DNA of 64,000 bases from the NCBI GenBank assembly GCA_964394435.1, contig CAYMXN010000003.1, positions 635 to 64,634 of the forward strand, written 5' to 3'. Positions within the stretch are counted from its first letter, which is position 1. The number at the start of each line of letters is the position of its first letter. The translations under genes and the position numbers were made by a program. A model generated the notes under the pieces. That model was not told the origin of the DNA and did not search any database. It was given only the letters and a program-made list of their open reading frames with translations. Source of the DNA: an uncultured Candidatus Saccharibacteria bacterium. Its GTDB lineage: Bacteria; Patescibacteriota; Minisyncoccia; UBA6257; 1-14-0-10-44-23. Of this stretch, positions 33,620-41,068 are shown one piece after another.

Positions 33620-34012
33620 ATGAGTTATGTAGATGGATTTGTGATAGTAGTAAAGAAGTCAAAATTAGAAGAGTATAAAAAGATGGCCGAGGTCGGCAAG
33701 GCGGTATGGCTTAAGCATGGCGCCTTAGATTATAAAGAGTGTGTAGGTGAGGACCTGACTCCGGTGATGCCGGATATGCCTGGGATGGAGAATATGCCGA
33801 AACAGAAGACATTTGTTGAGCTTGCCGGCGCGCAGCCGGATGAGGCAGTTATTTTTTCGTATATTGTTTTTAAAGATCGAATGCACCGAGATGAGGTGAA
33901 CGCGAAAGTGATGAGCGACCCGTCTATGACTCCAGAGGCCATGAAAGATCAGCCGATGCCGTTTGAGATGAACAAGATGACATACGGCGGTTTTCAGGCG
34001 ATCGTTGAATAA
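33620..34012 (+). CDS. DUF1428 family protein
   Basis: MSYVDGFVIVVKKSKLEEYKKMAEVGKAVWLKHGALDYKECVGEDL...FSYIVFKDRMHRDEVNAKVMSDP...YGGFQAIVE is the typical DUF1428 pattern. Confidence 0.6.
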   Translation: MSYVDGFVIVVKKSKLEEYKKMAEVGKAVWLKHGALDYKECVGEDLTPVMPDMPGMENMPKQKTFVELAGAQPDEAVIFSYIVFKDRMHRDEVNAKVMSDPSMTPEAMKDQPMPFEMNKMTYGGFQAIVE

Positions 34013-34032
34013 AATTAATAAGCAATAATACT

Positions 34033-34467
34033 ATGGATCCAGTAGTACATTTTGAGATGGGGTATAACGATCGGGAGCGGATGAAGAAGTTTTATACATC
34101 TACGTTTGGATGGAAAACGCAGCAGCTCGGGCCAGAAATGGGCGAGTATGTCGTGGCACAAACCACCGAGACTGACGCAGATGGCATGATTAAGACGCCT
34201 GGCAATATTAATGGAGGATTTTACGCAAAGACCGCGAGCCCTGACTCGCACGCTCCTTCGGTAGTAATCGCGGTCAAAGATATGAAAAAAGCCATACAGG
34301 ACGTGGTAGCAAACGGCGGCAAAATAAAAGGCGCGATGGGGCAAGACGGCAAGGTGAGTATGGAGCCGCAAATGATTCCAGGGGTCGGACTCTGGATCTC
34401 AATCGAGGATACCGAGGGTAATCGAGTGAGTATGCTGCAGCCCGAACCTATGGCGGGAAATAAATAA
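34033..34467 (+). CDS. VOC (glyoxalase/bleomycin-resistance fold) family protein
   Basis: HFEMGYNDRERMKKFYTSTFGWKTQQLGPEMGEYVV...GGFY...VVIAVKDMKKAIQDVVANGGKI...IEDTEGNRVSM. Confidence 0.6.
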   Translation: MDPVVHFEMGYNDRERMKKFYTSTFGWKTQQLGPEMGEYVVAQTTETDADGMIKTPGNINGGFYAKTASPDSHAPSVVIAVKDMKKAIQDVVANGGKIKGAMGQDGKVSMEPQMIPGVGLWISIEDTEGNRVSMLQPEPMAGNK

Positions 34468-34468
34468 T

Positions 34469-34960
34469 ATGAAGCAAAACATAACTCCATTTTTGTGGTT
34501 TGATAAACAAGCTGAAGAGGCGATGCAGTTTTATACTTCAATTTTTCCGAACTCAAAAATCGTAAGTATAAAAAAATATCCAGACAGTGGGTTGCAGGGT
34601 CCGATGGCGGGCATGGAAGGCAAGGTTCTGACGGGCGTATTTGAGTTAATGGGGCAGACGTTTATGTGCTTAGATGGCGGACCTTACTTTAAGCCATCTG
34701 GAGCAGTTTCATTTTATGTAGAGTGCGAGGATCAAAAAGAAGTGGACGCGTACTGGGATAAGTTGATCGAGGGTGGCGATCCGCAGGCGCAACAGTGTGG
34801 CTGGCTTAAGGATAAATACGGGTTTAGCTGGCAGATTATTCCAAAGGCCCTGCCGGAACTGTTAGGCAGAGACTCATCTGGAAAAGTGATGCAAGCGATG
34901 CTCGGAATGAAAAAGATTGAGGTTGCCGAACTACAAAAGGCCGCAGAGGGGAAGCAGTAA
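34469..34960 (+). CDS. VOC family protein (PhnB/3-demethylubiquinone-9 methyltransferase-domain-like)
   Basis: ITPFLWFDKQAEEAMQFYTSIFPNSKI...GKVLTGVFELMGQTFMCLDGGPYFKPSGAVSFYVECEDQKEVDAYWDKLIEGG...CGWLKDKYGFSWQI. Confidence 0.6.
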   Translation: MKQNITPFLWFDKQAEEAMQFYTSIFPNSKIVSIKKYPDSGLQGPMAGMEGKVLTGVFELMGQTFMCLDGGPYFKPSGAVSFYVECEDQKEVDAYWDKLIEGGDPQAQQCGWLKDKYGFSWQIIPKALPELLGRDSSGKVMQAMLGMKKIEVAELQKAAEGKQ

Positions 34961-35534
34961 TCATAGAGTGGAAGAAATCAACATTCATAGTATTATCCGC
35001 TCGCGCCGGCGGAGTATCTCGCTCGTCGTTACGCCCGAGGCGAAACTGATTATTCGCGCTCCGCATCGGGTGCCAGAGCGATACTTGCAGCACTTAGTTG
35101 TGCGCAAGGCTGCTTGGATTACGAAAAAAATCACACAGGCAAAAAGGTATGGGGCGGTATCGATGCCGACAAAAGCACAGGAGCGTGTACAATTTTTAAC
35201 GTATCAAAACCAAGCGCAAAAACTAATCACATCTCGCGTCGAGCACTACTCCCAGCAAACGGGTTGGCGATATGCGGAGGTCAAAATAACTAATACCCGC
35301 AGTCGCTGGGCGTCGTGTAGTCCGACGGGAGTGTTACGATTTTCGTGGCGACTTGTGCACGCACCTCTTGATGTTATTGACTATGTGGTCGTGCACGAGC
35401 TTGCGCATATTAAGCATAAAAATCATTCGCGAGTATTTTGGAGCGCAGTTGCGGAAATTATTCCGGACTATGCGCAAAAACGAAAATGGTTACGGGAGAA
35501 TAAAATATTTTGGAATAGACAAAATCATTTCTAA
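34917..35534 (+). CDS. YgjP/DUF45-family (SprT-like) zinc metallopeptidase, second copy
   Basis: ...ISLVVTPEAKLIIRAPHRVPERYLQHLVVRKAAWI... and HExxH in VVVHELAHIKHKNHSRVF. Start codon uncertain; the track ORF starts inside the previous gene. Confidence 0.6.
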   Translation: MRLPNYKRPQRGSSNHRVEEINIHSIIRSRRRSISLVVTPEAKLIIRAPHRVPERYLQHLVVRKAAWITKKITQAKRYGAVSMPTKAQERVQFLTYQNQAQKLITSRVEHYSQQTGWRYAEVKITNTRSRWASCSPTGVLRFSWRLVHAPLDVIDYVVVHELAHIKHKNHSRVFWSAVAEIIPDYAQKRKWLRENKIFWNRQNHF

Positions 35535-35683
35535 AAAGTTATCCACCAAGTCTTCAAAAAAGTATTGTAATACAACCACGTGCTGTCATACTAATAAGTA
35601 AGTAATAACTATTTTTAGGGCACGATAAGCGTGCAGGGTCGAAAAAATGAGTGTCTCAAAAGATATACGTATCAGAACGAACT

Positions 35684-35782
35684 ATGAAAAAGAAAAAAGC
35701 TGCGAAGCGCTCAAAGGCGAAAAAGACTACAAAGAGAAAGACCGCCAAAAGAAAAACGGCAAAGAAGTCTCGTCGCCGTTAA
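35684..35782 (+). CDS. Tiny highly basic ORF (32 aa: MKKKKAAKRSKAKKTTKRKTAKRKTAKKSRRR)
   Basis: The ATG-to-TAA ORF was read by hand. It ends 5 nt before a strong intrinsic terminator. It is not in the six-frame track because it is under 60 aa. Coding status unproven. Confidence 0.3.
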   Translation: MKKKKAAKRSKAKKTTKRKTAKRKTAKKSRRR

Positions 35783-35786
35783 GCAT

Positions 35787-35819
35787 AAAAAAACCCGTCA
35801 CGGAAGTGGCGGGTTTTTT
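35787..35819 (+). terminator. Rho-independent terminator
   Basis: AAAAAAA-CCCGTCAC-ggaa-GTGGCGGG-TTTTTTATTT. Confidence 0.6.
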
Positions 35820-35849
35820 ATTTGTAGGCGGCAAGAGGGGGAGTCGTGT

Positions 35850-37517
35850 ATGATAGACGGTATGACTCAACAAGAGGCGCTACATATTCTCAAAACAGGT
35901 GCGAACGTTTTTCTCACCGGTGCGGCCGGGAGTGGCAAGACGTTTGTGTTGCGCGAATATATCCGCTACCTCGAAGAGCACGGGGTGACGGTTGGTATTA
36001 CCGCTTCAACAGGCATCGCCGCAACGCATATGGGTGGGATGACGATTCACTCGTGGGCCGGTATTGGCATTGCCGATGTTTTTAGTCAGCGCGAGATTGA
36101 AGAGCTCGCTGAACAGCCGCGTCTTCGCCGCCGCTTTGAGGCAACTGGTGTGCTGATTATTGACGAGATTTCGATGTTGCACGATTTTCGCTTGGATTTA
36201 GTTGATAGCGTCCTGCGCGGTTTACGGGGTAATAATGAGCCATTTGGTGGGATTCAGGTTGTTTTATGCGGCGACTTTTTTCAGCTTCCGCCAGTCTCCC
36301 GTCCGGGTGAGCGCGAAACAAAGTTTGCGTATCACGCACAGTCTTGGCGCGATGCGAACCTACAGATTTGCTATCTCCATGAACAACACCGACAAAGCGA
36401 TAGTCAGTACACTGGACTGCTTAACGCGATTCGCTCAAACGAAGTAAGTGAGGGTGAGTACGAGCTGCTCCGTTCACGGCATAAAAAAGCAATCGCTCAC
36501 GGCGAGGTGGTGACTAAGTTGCACGCCCATAACAACAATGTCGATACAGAAAATGAGAAAGAGCTCGCAAAGCTACCAGGTAAGGCGGTTTCGTATGAGA
36601 TGATGAGTTCGGGTGCGCGCCCGCTCGTAATGGCACTGCAAAAAAACTGTTTAGCCCCAGAAGTATTGACGCTCAAGGTTGGTGCCCGCGTAATGTTTGT
36701 GAAAAACAATCATGATCAGGGGTATGTAAATGGCACGCTGGGAACTGTTAAACGCTGCGAAGAAAACCTGATTGTAGTTGAGACTATTAGCGGCAAGCTT
36801 ATTGTTGTTGAGCCGGAGAGTTGGAAGATTGACGAGGATGGAAAAACTAAAGCAGAAATTAAGCAGTACCCATTGCGTCTCGCGTGGGCGATCACCGTAC
36901 ACAAAAGTCAGGGAATGAGTTTAGACGCGGCCGTAGTCGACCTTGGCCGGTCATTTGCGCCGGGCATGGGATACGTTGCGCTGTCGCGTGTGCGCTCGCT
37001 CGAAGGTCTTTCGCTGATTGGTATGAATGATATGGCTCTTCGCATTAACCCGGAGGTACTTGAGATCGACGAACGGTTTCGTGAGCAGTCTGCGCAGCAC
37101 GTCGCTGCACTGCAGACGATTTCTCCAAAGGAAATTCAGCGCCAACAAGAAGAGTTTTTGGAAAAAGTAGCTCCATTCGGTGGCGTAAAGCAGAAAAAAA
37201 GTGAGCGCGGGGATACGGTAGCGCAAACACGAGAATTAGTAGTTCAAAAAATCCCGTTAGCCGATATGGCCGCCGCGCGCGGAGTTAAAACTGAAACAAT
37301 TCTTTCGCATCTTGAGCAGCTTAGGGCAGATGACGCGACGATCGATATTGAGTATCTGCGTGAGCGGATGCCAACAACCCGATTTAATAAAATACGCGAA
37401 ATGTTTCAGCGCGTGGGTAAAAACGAAGCCGGGCAATACTCACTCTCACCAGTCAGGCAGCGCCTAGGGGATGAGTACTCATACGAAGAGCTCCGTATCG
37501 TGCGATTATTCCTTTAA
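35850..37517 (+). CDS. Pif1/RecD-like SF1 DNA helicase with a C-terminal helix-turn-helix extension
   Basis: Walker A LTGAAGSGKTFVL. Walker B VLIIDEISML. Motifs GGIQVVLCGDFFQLPPV and C-terminal ...AITVHKSQGMSLD....GYVALSRVRSLEGL. Confidence 0.8.
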   Translation: MIDGMTQQEALHILKTGANVFLTGAAGSGKTFVLREYIRYLEEHGVTVGITASTGIAATHMGGMTIHSWAGIGIADVFSQREIEELAEQPRLRRRFEATGVLIIDEISMLHDFRLDLVDSVLRGLRGNNEPFGGIQVVLCGDFFQLPPVSRPGERETKFAYHAQSWRDANLQICYLHEQHRQSDSQYTGLLNAIRSNEVSEGEYELLRSRHKKAIAHGEVVTKLHAHNNNVDTENEKELAKLPGKAVSYEMMSSGARPLVMALQKNCLAPEVLTLKVGARVMFVKNNHDQGYVNGTLGTVKRCEENLIVVETISGKLIVVEPESWKIDEDGKTKAEIKQYPLRLAWAITVHKSQGMSLDAAVVDLGRSFAPGMGYVALSRVRSLEGLSLIGMNDMALRINPEVLEIDERFREQSAQHVAALQTISPKEIQRQQEEFLEKVAPFGGVKQKKSERGDTVAQTRELVVQKIPLADMAAARGVKTETILSHLEQLRADDATIDIEYLRERMPTTRFNKIREMFQRVGKNEAGQYSLSPVRQRLGDEYSYEELRIVRLFL

Positions 37518-37631
37518 GCCACGCGTGGCGCGGGTAATTAGCGTGCTCTAGACAAAATTAATAAATAATGTTATTTTGATTTATCGAGAAAGTAGTCTTT
37601 GTCTCTTTAATTAATCACTCGATATACAAAT

Positions 37632-38180
37632 ATGGGAGAGTTTAAGCGTCAGGGTGGGTTTGGAGGTGGTAATCGAGGTGGTTTTAATAAAGGAGGCGGC
37701 CGTCCAAATTTTGGCGGAAAGCCAAGTTTTAATCGTGGCGGTGGATTTGGTGGCGATCGTGGAGGTGAGCGCGAAATGTTTACGACTACTTGCGCAACGT
37801 GCAGCAAGTCGTGCCAAGTTCCATTTCGTCCATCAGGCGAGCGTCCAGTATACTGCAGCGATTGTTTCCGCAATACGCGCGAAGGTGCTCCGAAAGACTT
37901 TAGCTCTGCGCCAAAGCGTGATTTTGCTCCGGCAAATAATACACAACACGTCGCTCCAGTCGCGGACAAGCGTATTGACGAGTTGAAACGCGATGTACAA
38001 ATGATCAGCGCTAAGCTTGATACGATCATGAAGCTGATCGGTGGTCAGGTAGCTCCAGTCGCTCCAGCATCAAAGCCAGTCGAGAAGAAAGTTGAAGCCA
38101 CTCCGGTTAAGCCAGTAGTAGTTGCAAAGAAAGCTGAAAAGAAAGTAGTTGCCAAAAAGAAAGCTGCGGCGAAGAAATAA
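37632..38180 (+). CDS. Gly/Arg-rich (RGG-like) protein with a central CxxC...CxxC zinc ribbon and a Lys/Ala/Val-rich histone-H1-like tail
   Basis: N-terminal GGFGGGNRGGFNKGGGRPNFGG... Zinc ribbon CATCSKSCQVPF...VYCSDCF. C-terminal PVKPVVVAKKAEKKVVAKKKAAAKK. Confidence 0.55.
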   Translation: MGEFKRQGGFGGGNRGGFNKGGGRPNFGGKPSFNRGGGFGGDRGGEREMFTTTCATCSKSCQVPFRPSGERPVYCSDCFRNTREGAPKDFSSAPKRDFAPANNTQHVAPVADKRIDELKRDVQMISAKLDTIMKLIGGQVAPVAPASKPVEKKVEATPVKPVVVAKKAEKKVVAKKKAAAKK

Positions 38181-38200
38181 TCACTAACCGGATATCGGCT

Positions 38201-38770
38201 ATGCATATTACCTCTGCCGAGTTTATTAAAGGGGTGCGAGGGACTGATCCGATTTTAAGTGATGGCGTACCTCAATTTGCTTTCGTCGGGCGCTCGAACG
38301 TAGGGAAGTCGAGCGTAATTAACGCACTAATGAATCGGCGCGACCTAGTTAAGGTGAGTGATCGTCCGGGTAAGACAAAAGAGATTAACTTTTTCAGCGT
38401 CAACAAAAAGTTTTATTTTGTTGACTTGCCGGGATATGGGTACGCCCGACTTGGTCCCGATGAGCGGGAAAAACTACGCAAGCTAATTTTGTGGTACTTA
38501 ATGGCCTCAGGAGCGCGACCATATTATGTCGTATTGATCCTTGATGTTAAAGCAGGATGTACCGAGTTTGATAAGGAGATGATCGGGGTGCTGCGCGAGT
38601 ATGGGCATCCATATATCATTGTCGCGAACAAGGTTGATAAGGTGAATCAAAAAGAGCTCGCGCAACAACTTGCTCAAATTCGTTCAGAGTCCGGAGAAGA
38701 GGAGATCGTACTCTGTTCGACCGTTGTCAAAAACGGAACCGGAGATCTCGAGGAGAAAATGTTCGCCTAA
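38201..38770 (+). CDS. engB: Ribosome-biogenesis GTPase YihA/EngB
   Basis: G1 GRSNVGKSS. G3 DLPGYG. G4 NKVDK. Overall EngB layout. Confidence 0.9.
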   Translation: MHITSAEFIKGVRGTDPILSDGVPQFAFVGRSNVGKSSVINALMNRRDLVKVSDRPGKTKEINFFSVNKKFYFVDLPGYGYARLGPDEREKLRKLILWYLMASGARPYYVVLILDVKAGCTEFDKEMIGVLREYGHPYIIVANKVDKVNQKELAQQLAQIRSESGEEEIVLCSTVVKNGTGDLEEKMFA

Positions 38771-38866
38771 AAGGCAGTATAAACACCCGAATTGCTTCGG
38801 GTGTTTATATTTCCTGGGCGGGTGTATGCTGTAGGTAAAGGCCGCTTATCATTAATCAATAAATAT

Positions 38867-39265
38867 ATGAAAAAAGGATTTGTCGGCAATATCGAAAAAT
38901 TAAGCGAAGAGAATGAGGACTTTCGCAGAGTGCTCTATACCGCCAAGCATGAGCAGCTCGTACTGATGAGTCTGCGTCCAGGCGAGGATATCGGTGAAGA
39001 GGTGCACGAGCTCGACCAGTTTTTGCGCATCGAGCACGGAGAAGGAGCGGTTATTTTAAATGACATGCGTCATGAACTTTCTGCCGGGTTTGCGATTATC
39101 GTACCGGCAGGAGTGAAACATAACATCATTAATACGTCACAGACTGACGCAATGAAACTGTATACCGTCTATGGTCCGCCGGAGCACAAGGATAAAGTAG
39201 TACGCAAAACGAAAGTAGATGCGGAGTTAAAAGAAGAGCATTTTGACGGTAAGACAACCGAGTAG
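38867..39265 (+). CDS. Cupin-domain protein
   Basis: ATG at 38867. ...LRPGEDIGEEVHELDQFLRIEHGEGAVILNDMRHELSAGFAIIVPAGVKHNIIN is the cupin two-motif pattern. Confidence 0.6.
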   Translation: MKKGFVGNIEKLSEENEDFRRVLYTAKHEQLVLMSLRPGEDIGEEVHELDQFLRIEHGEGAVILNDMRHELSAGFAIIVPAGVKHNIINTSQTDAMKLYTVYGPPEHKDKVVRKTKVDAELKEEHFDGKTTE

Positions 39266-39276
39266 ATAAAAAAATG

Positions 39277-39309
39277 AGCCGGTGCGTGAGAGCGACCGGC
39301 TACTTTTTT
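39277..39309 (+). terminator. Rho-independent terminator (bidirectional)
   Basis: AAAA..AGCCGGT-gcgtgagagcg-ACCGGCT-ac-TTTTTT, with an A-run on the other side. Confidence 0.6.
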
Positions 39310-39442
39310 ACTTGGCACGAGGGCCGTGTTTTTTATGTTTTTGCCCGAAGGCTTTTATGTTTTTGCGCTGTGCGCTTTTTTTATTTCGTCTACGCTGACG
39401 ACCTGCGGTGGCTACTAACCCGCGCCACTCGGGTGCGAACGC

Positions 39443-39683
39443 TTAGTACGCTTGCGAAGGCATCTCTGCCGCTCCGCAAACGTTACAGATGTACCAGCCG
39501 GAATGGGGGTCGCGAGCACATTCACGGCTGTCGATATGTGCACCACACTGCCAGCAGTGGTTGCTGTACCACTGCCAGTTGCAGGCTGTGCACACACGAA
39601 GAGACGGACGACTGCCAATGATGGCCTCTTGGCCACAGATGCAGAACTCGCCCGTTTGGATGTTGGGGTATCCCAGGTTTCAT
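39443..39683 (-). pseudogene. Multi-CxxC zinc-ribbon ORF (+1 frame) out of frame with its RBS-ATG (possible frameshift or sequencing error)
   Basis: GGAGGTG-ATG at 39683 opens frame A (MKPGIPQHPNGRV...). The +1 frame carries ...EFCICGQEAIIGSRPSLRVCTACNWQWYSNHCWQCGAHIDSRECARDPHSGWYICNVCGAAEMPSQAY with four CxxC/CxC pairs and no start codon of its own (a TGA immediately precedes it). Confidence 0.3.
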
Positions 39684-39788
39684 CACCTCCCTTGGGGTAA
39701 AAGGAACTAAATATAAGATATCGTCAAGTTGAGAATTTGGCAAGTAGGCGGAGGACAATAGGAGGCGGTAGGTATAAGATAGAAGTAT

Positions 39789-40178
39789 ATGAAAAAATTA
39801 CTCATTCTCATTGCCGTAGTTGTTATTGGGTATGGAGTGTACGGGTTAGTTGCTAAGCGGGTGACCGATAACCAGCCGTTAGGCAAGATGTCGATGATGC
39901 AGGCGGTGAGCTCGGGCGAAGTCGCACTATTAGATGTGCGAACAGATAACGAGTGGGCGACTGGGTATGCGAAAGGAGCGATGCATTTTGATTTAGCCAG
40001 ACTGCAGGCTGGCGAACTCCCAGGTATCGCTAAAGATAAGCCAATCTATGTATATTGTGCGGCTGGTGCACGCGCTGAAAAAGCTCGGGTGATTTTAGAA
40101 AGTGCTGGATACACAAATGTAATTAATATCGGTGGACTAGGAGATTGGCAGGACGCGGGTGGCGAAGTGGTCCAGTAA
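39789..40178 (+). CDS. Rhodanese-like domain protein with an N-terminal membrane anchor
   Basis: Anchor LLILIAVVVIGYGVYGLV. Rhodanese fold signature ...LLDVRTDNEWATGY..GAMHFDLARL....KDKPIYVYCAAGARAEKA..L.S.GYTNVINIGGL. Confidence 0.7.
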   Translation: MKKLLILIAVVVIGYGVYGLVAKRVTDNQPLGKMSMMQAVSSGEVALLDVRTDNEWATGYAKGAMHFDLARLQAGELPGIAKDKPIYVYCAAGARAEKARVILESAGYTNVINIGGLGDWQDAGGEVVQ

Positions 40179-40219
40179 TAAATAAGCGCCCGACAACCGA
40201 AGTTGTGGGCGCGCAGAAA

Positions 40220-40561
40220 CTAGTAGTGCAAGACCGTACGAAGGGCTGGCGTGAGCTCGCCTTTTTCAGCGAGCAGCTTTCGCGCGGCAACCGTCAATGG
40301 CCCTTCGCTTAGTCCATCCGGAAGCTGTTTCCAGATGTCGTAGGGGATGATGCGGTCGCGAAACGCATCCCATCCATAGCTCCACCAGCCGTAGGTGCTT
40401 AAGCTATCCGCGCAGGTGTTTGGATTATTGAAATGCGGATTGCTTGATCGAGGCTTGCCCTCTGCGGCGGCGAGGAAGCCGGCGGCAAGTGCTCGGTCAT
40501 TTGCCCGCGGATGAGTGACTGCCTGAAGCGTACATCCTTCGCACATCACAGTACCCTCCAA
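40220..40561 (-). CDS. Hypothetical protein (113 aa), Trp-rich
   Basis: The only ORF on the minus strand in this gap. No recognisable motif (..YGWWSYGWDAFRDRIIPYDIW..). Confidence 0.3.
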   Translation of the reverse strand: MEGTVMCEGCTLQAVTHPRANDRALAAGFLAAAEGKPRSSNPHFNNPNTCADSLSTYGWWSYGWDAFRDRIIPYDIWKQLPDGLSEGPLTVAARKLLAEKGELTPALRTVLHY

Positions 40562-40649
40562 TGAACTTTTGAAACTATAACACAGGCGAGATTTTTGTAT
40601 ATAAGAAAATTGGTTTGATTTCTGGCTCCTACGGGAATAGAGTATAGCT

Positions 40650-41021
40650 ATGAGTAAGCGACTGGTCGGAATATTTATCGTAGGTACATTTATCGCGGCG
40701 GCAATATTTGGATTTGCCGTTTCATTTTCATCTGATGAGATGGGGGATATGAATCACTGTCCATTTATGGATGGTGCGGCGACTATTTGTCCGATGTCAG
40801 TTTTTGAGCACATTAACGCGTGGCAAGCGTTATTTAGTGCGACCATTCCACTGCTTGTTTTAGCCTTCATTCAAATCACGGGGAGCTCGAACGCATTAGC
40901 TCGCACGAAAGAGAATGATAGCTCTCCGCCTCATAGGCGAACGAGCTCATTGAGTTTATTTATGCCGACGCTTACCGAAGCGTTTTCGAGCGGGACACTG
41001 CATTCTAAAATCTACGCTTAA
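40650..41021 (+). CDS. Small membrane protein with an HCPFMDG...CPM motif, upstream of the copper operon
   Basis: TM helices LVGIFIVGTFIAAAIFGFAV and LFSATIPLLVLAFIQI with Cys/His/Met residues between them. Function unknown, possibly metal-related by context. Confidence 0.4.
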   Translation: MSKRLVGIFIVGTFIAAAIFGFAVSFSSDEMGDMNHCPFMDGAATICPMSVFEHINAWQALFSATIPLLVLAFIQITGSSNALARTKENDSSPPHRRTSSLSLFMPTLTEAFSSGTLHSKIYA

Positions 41022-41068
41022 ATAGCCGGTAGTTTGTTTGTATCGGTTATTATTAATCTAAGCGTATT

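Noticed and set aside
35612-35630. Possible attR copy of the tRNA-Arg 3' end as proof of an integrated element
   Set aside because: Only a 9-nt exact match (AGGGCACGA) and no integrase. It is kept as a low-weight hint inside a finding rather than called as a mobile_element feature.
35647-35853. 68-aa ORF from the six-frame track upstream of the Pif1-like helicase
   Set aside because: It reads straight through a strong intrinsic terminator hairpin. The alternative 32-aa basic ORF ends just before the hairpin.
39274-39710. Plus-strand ORFs 39274..39621, 39452..39700 and 39489..39710
   Set aside because: They begin inside or run across the cupin-gene terminator hairpin and are Cys/His/Arg-rich in an irregular way. 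The structured CxxC pattern is on the minus strand.
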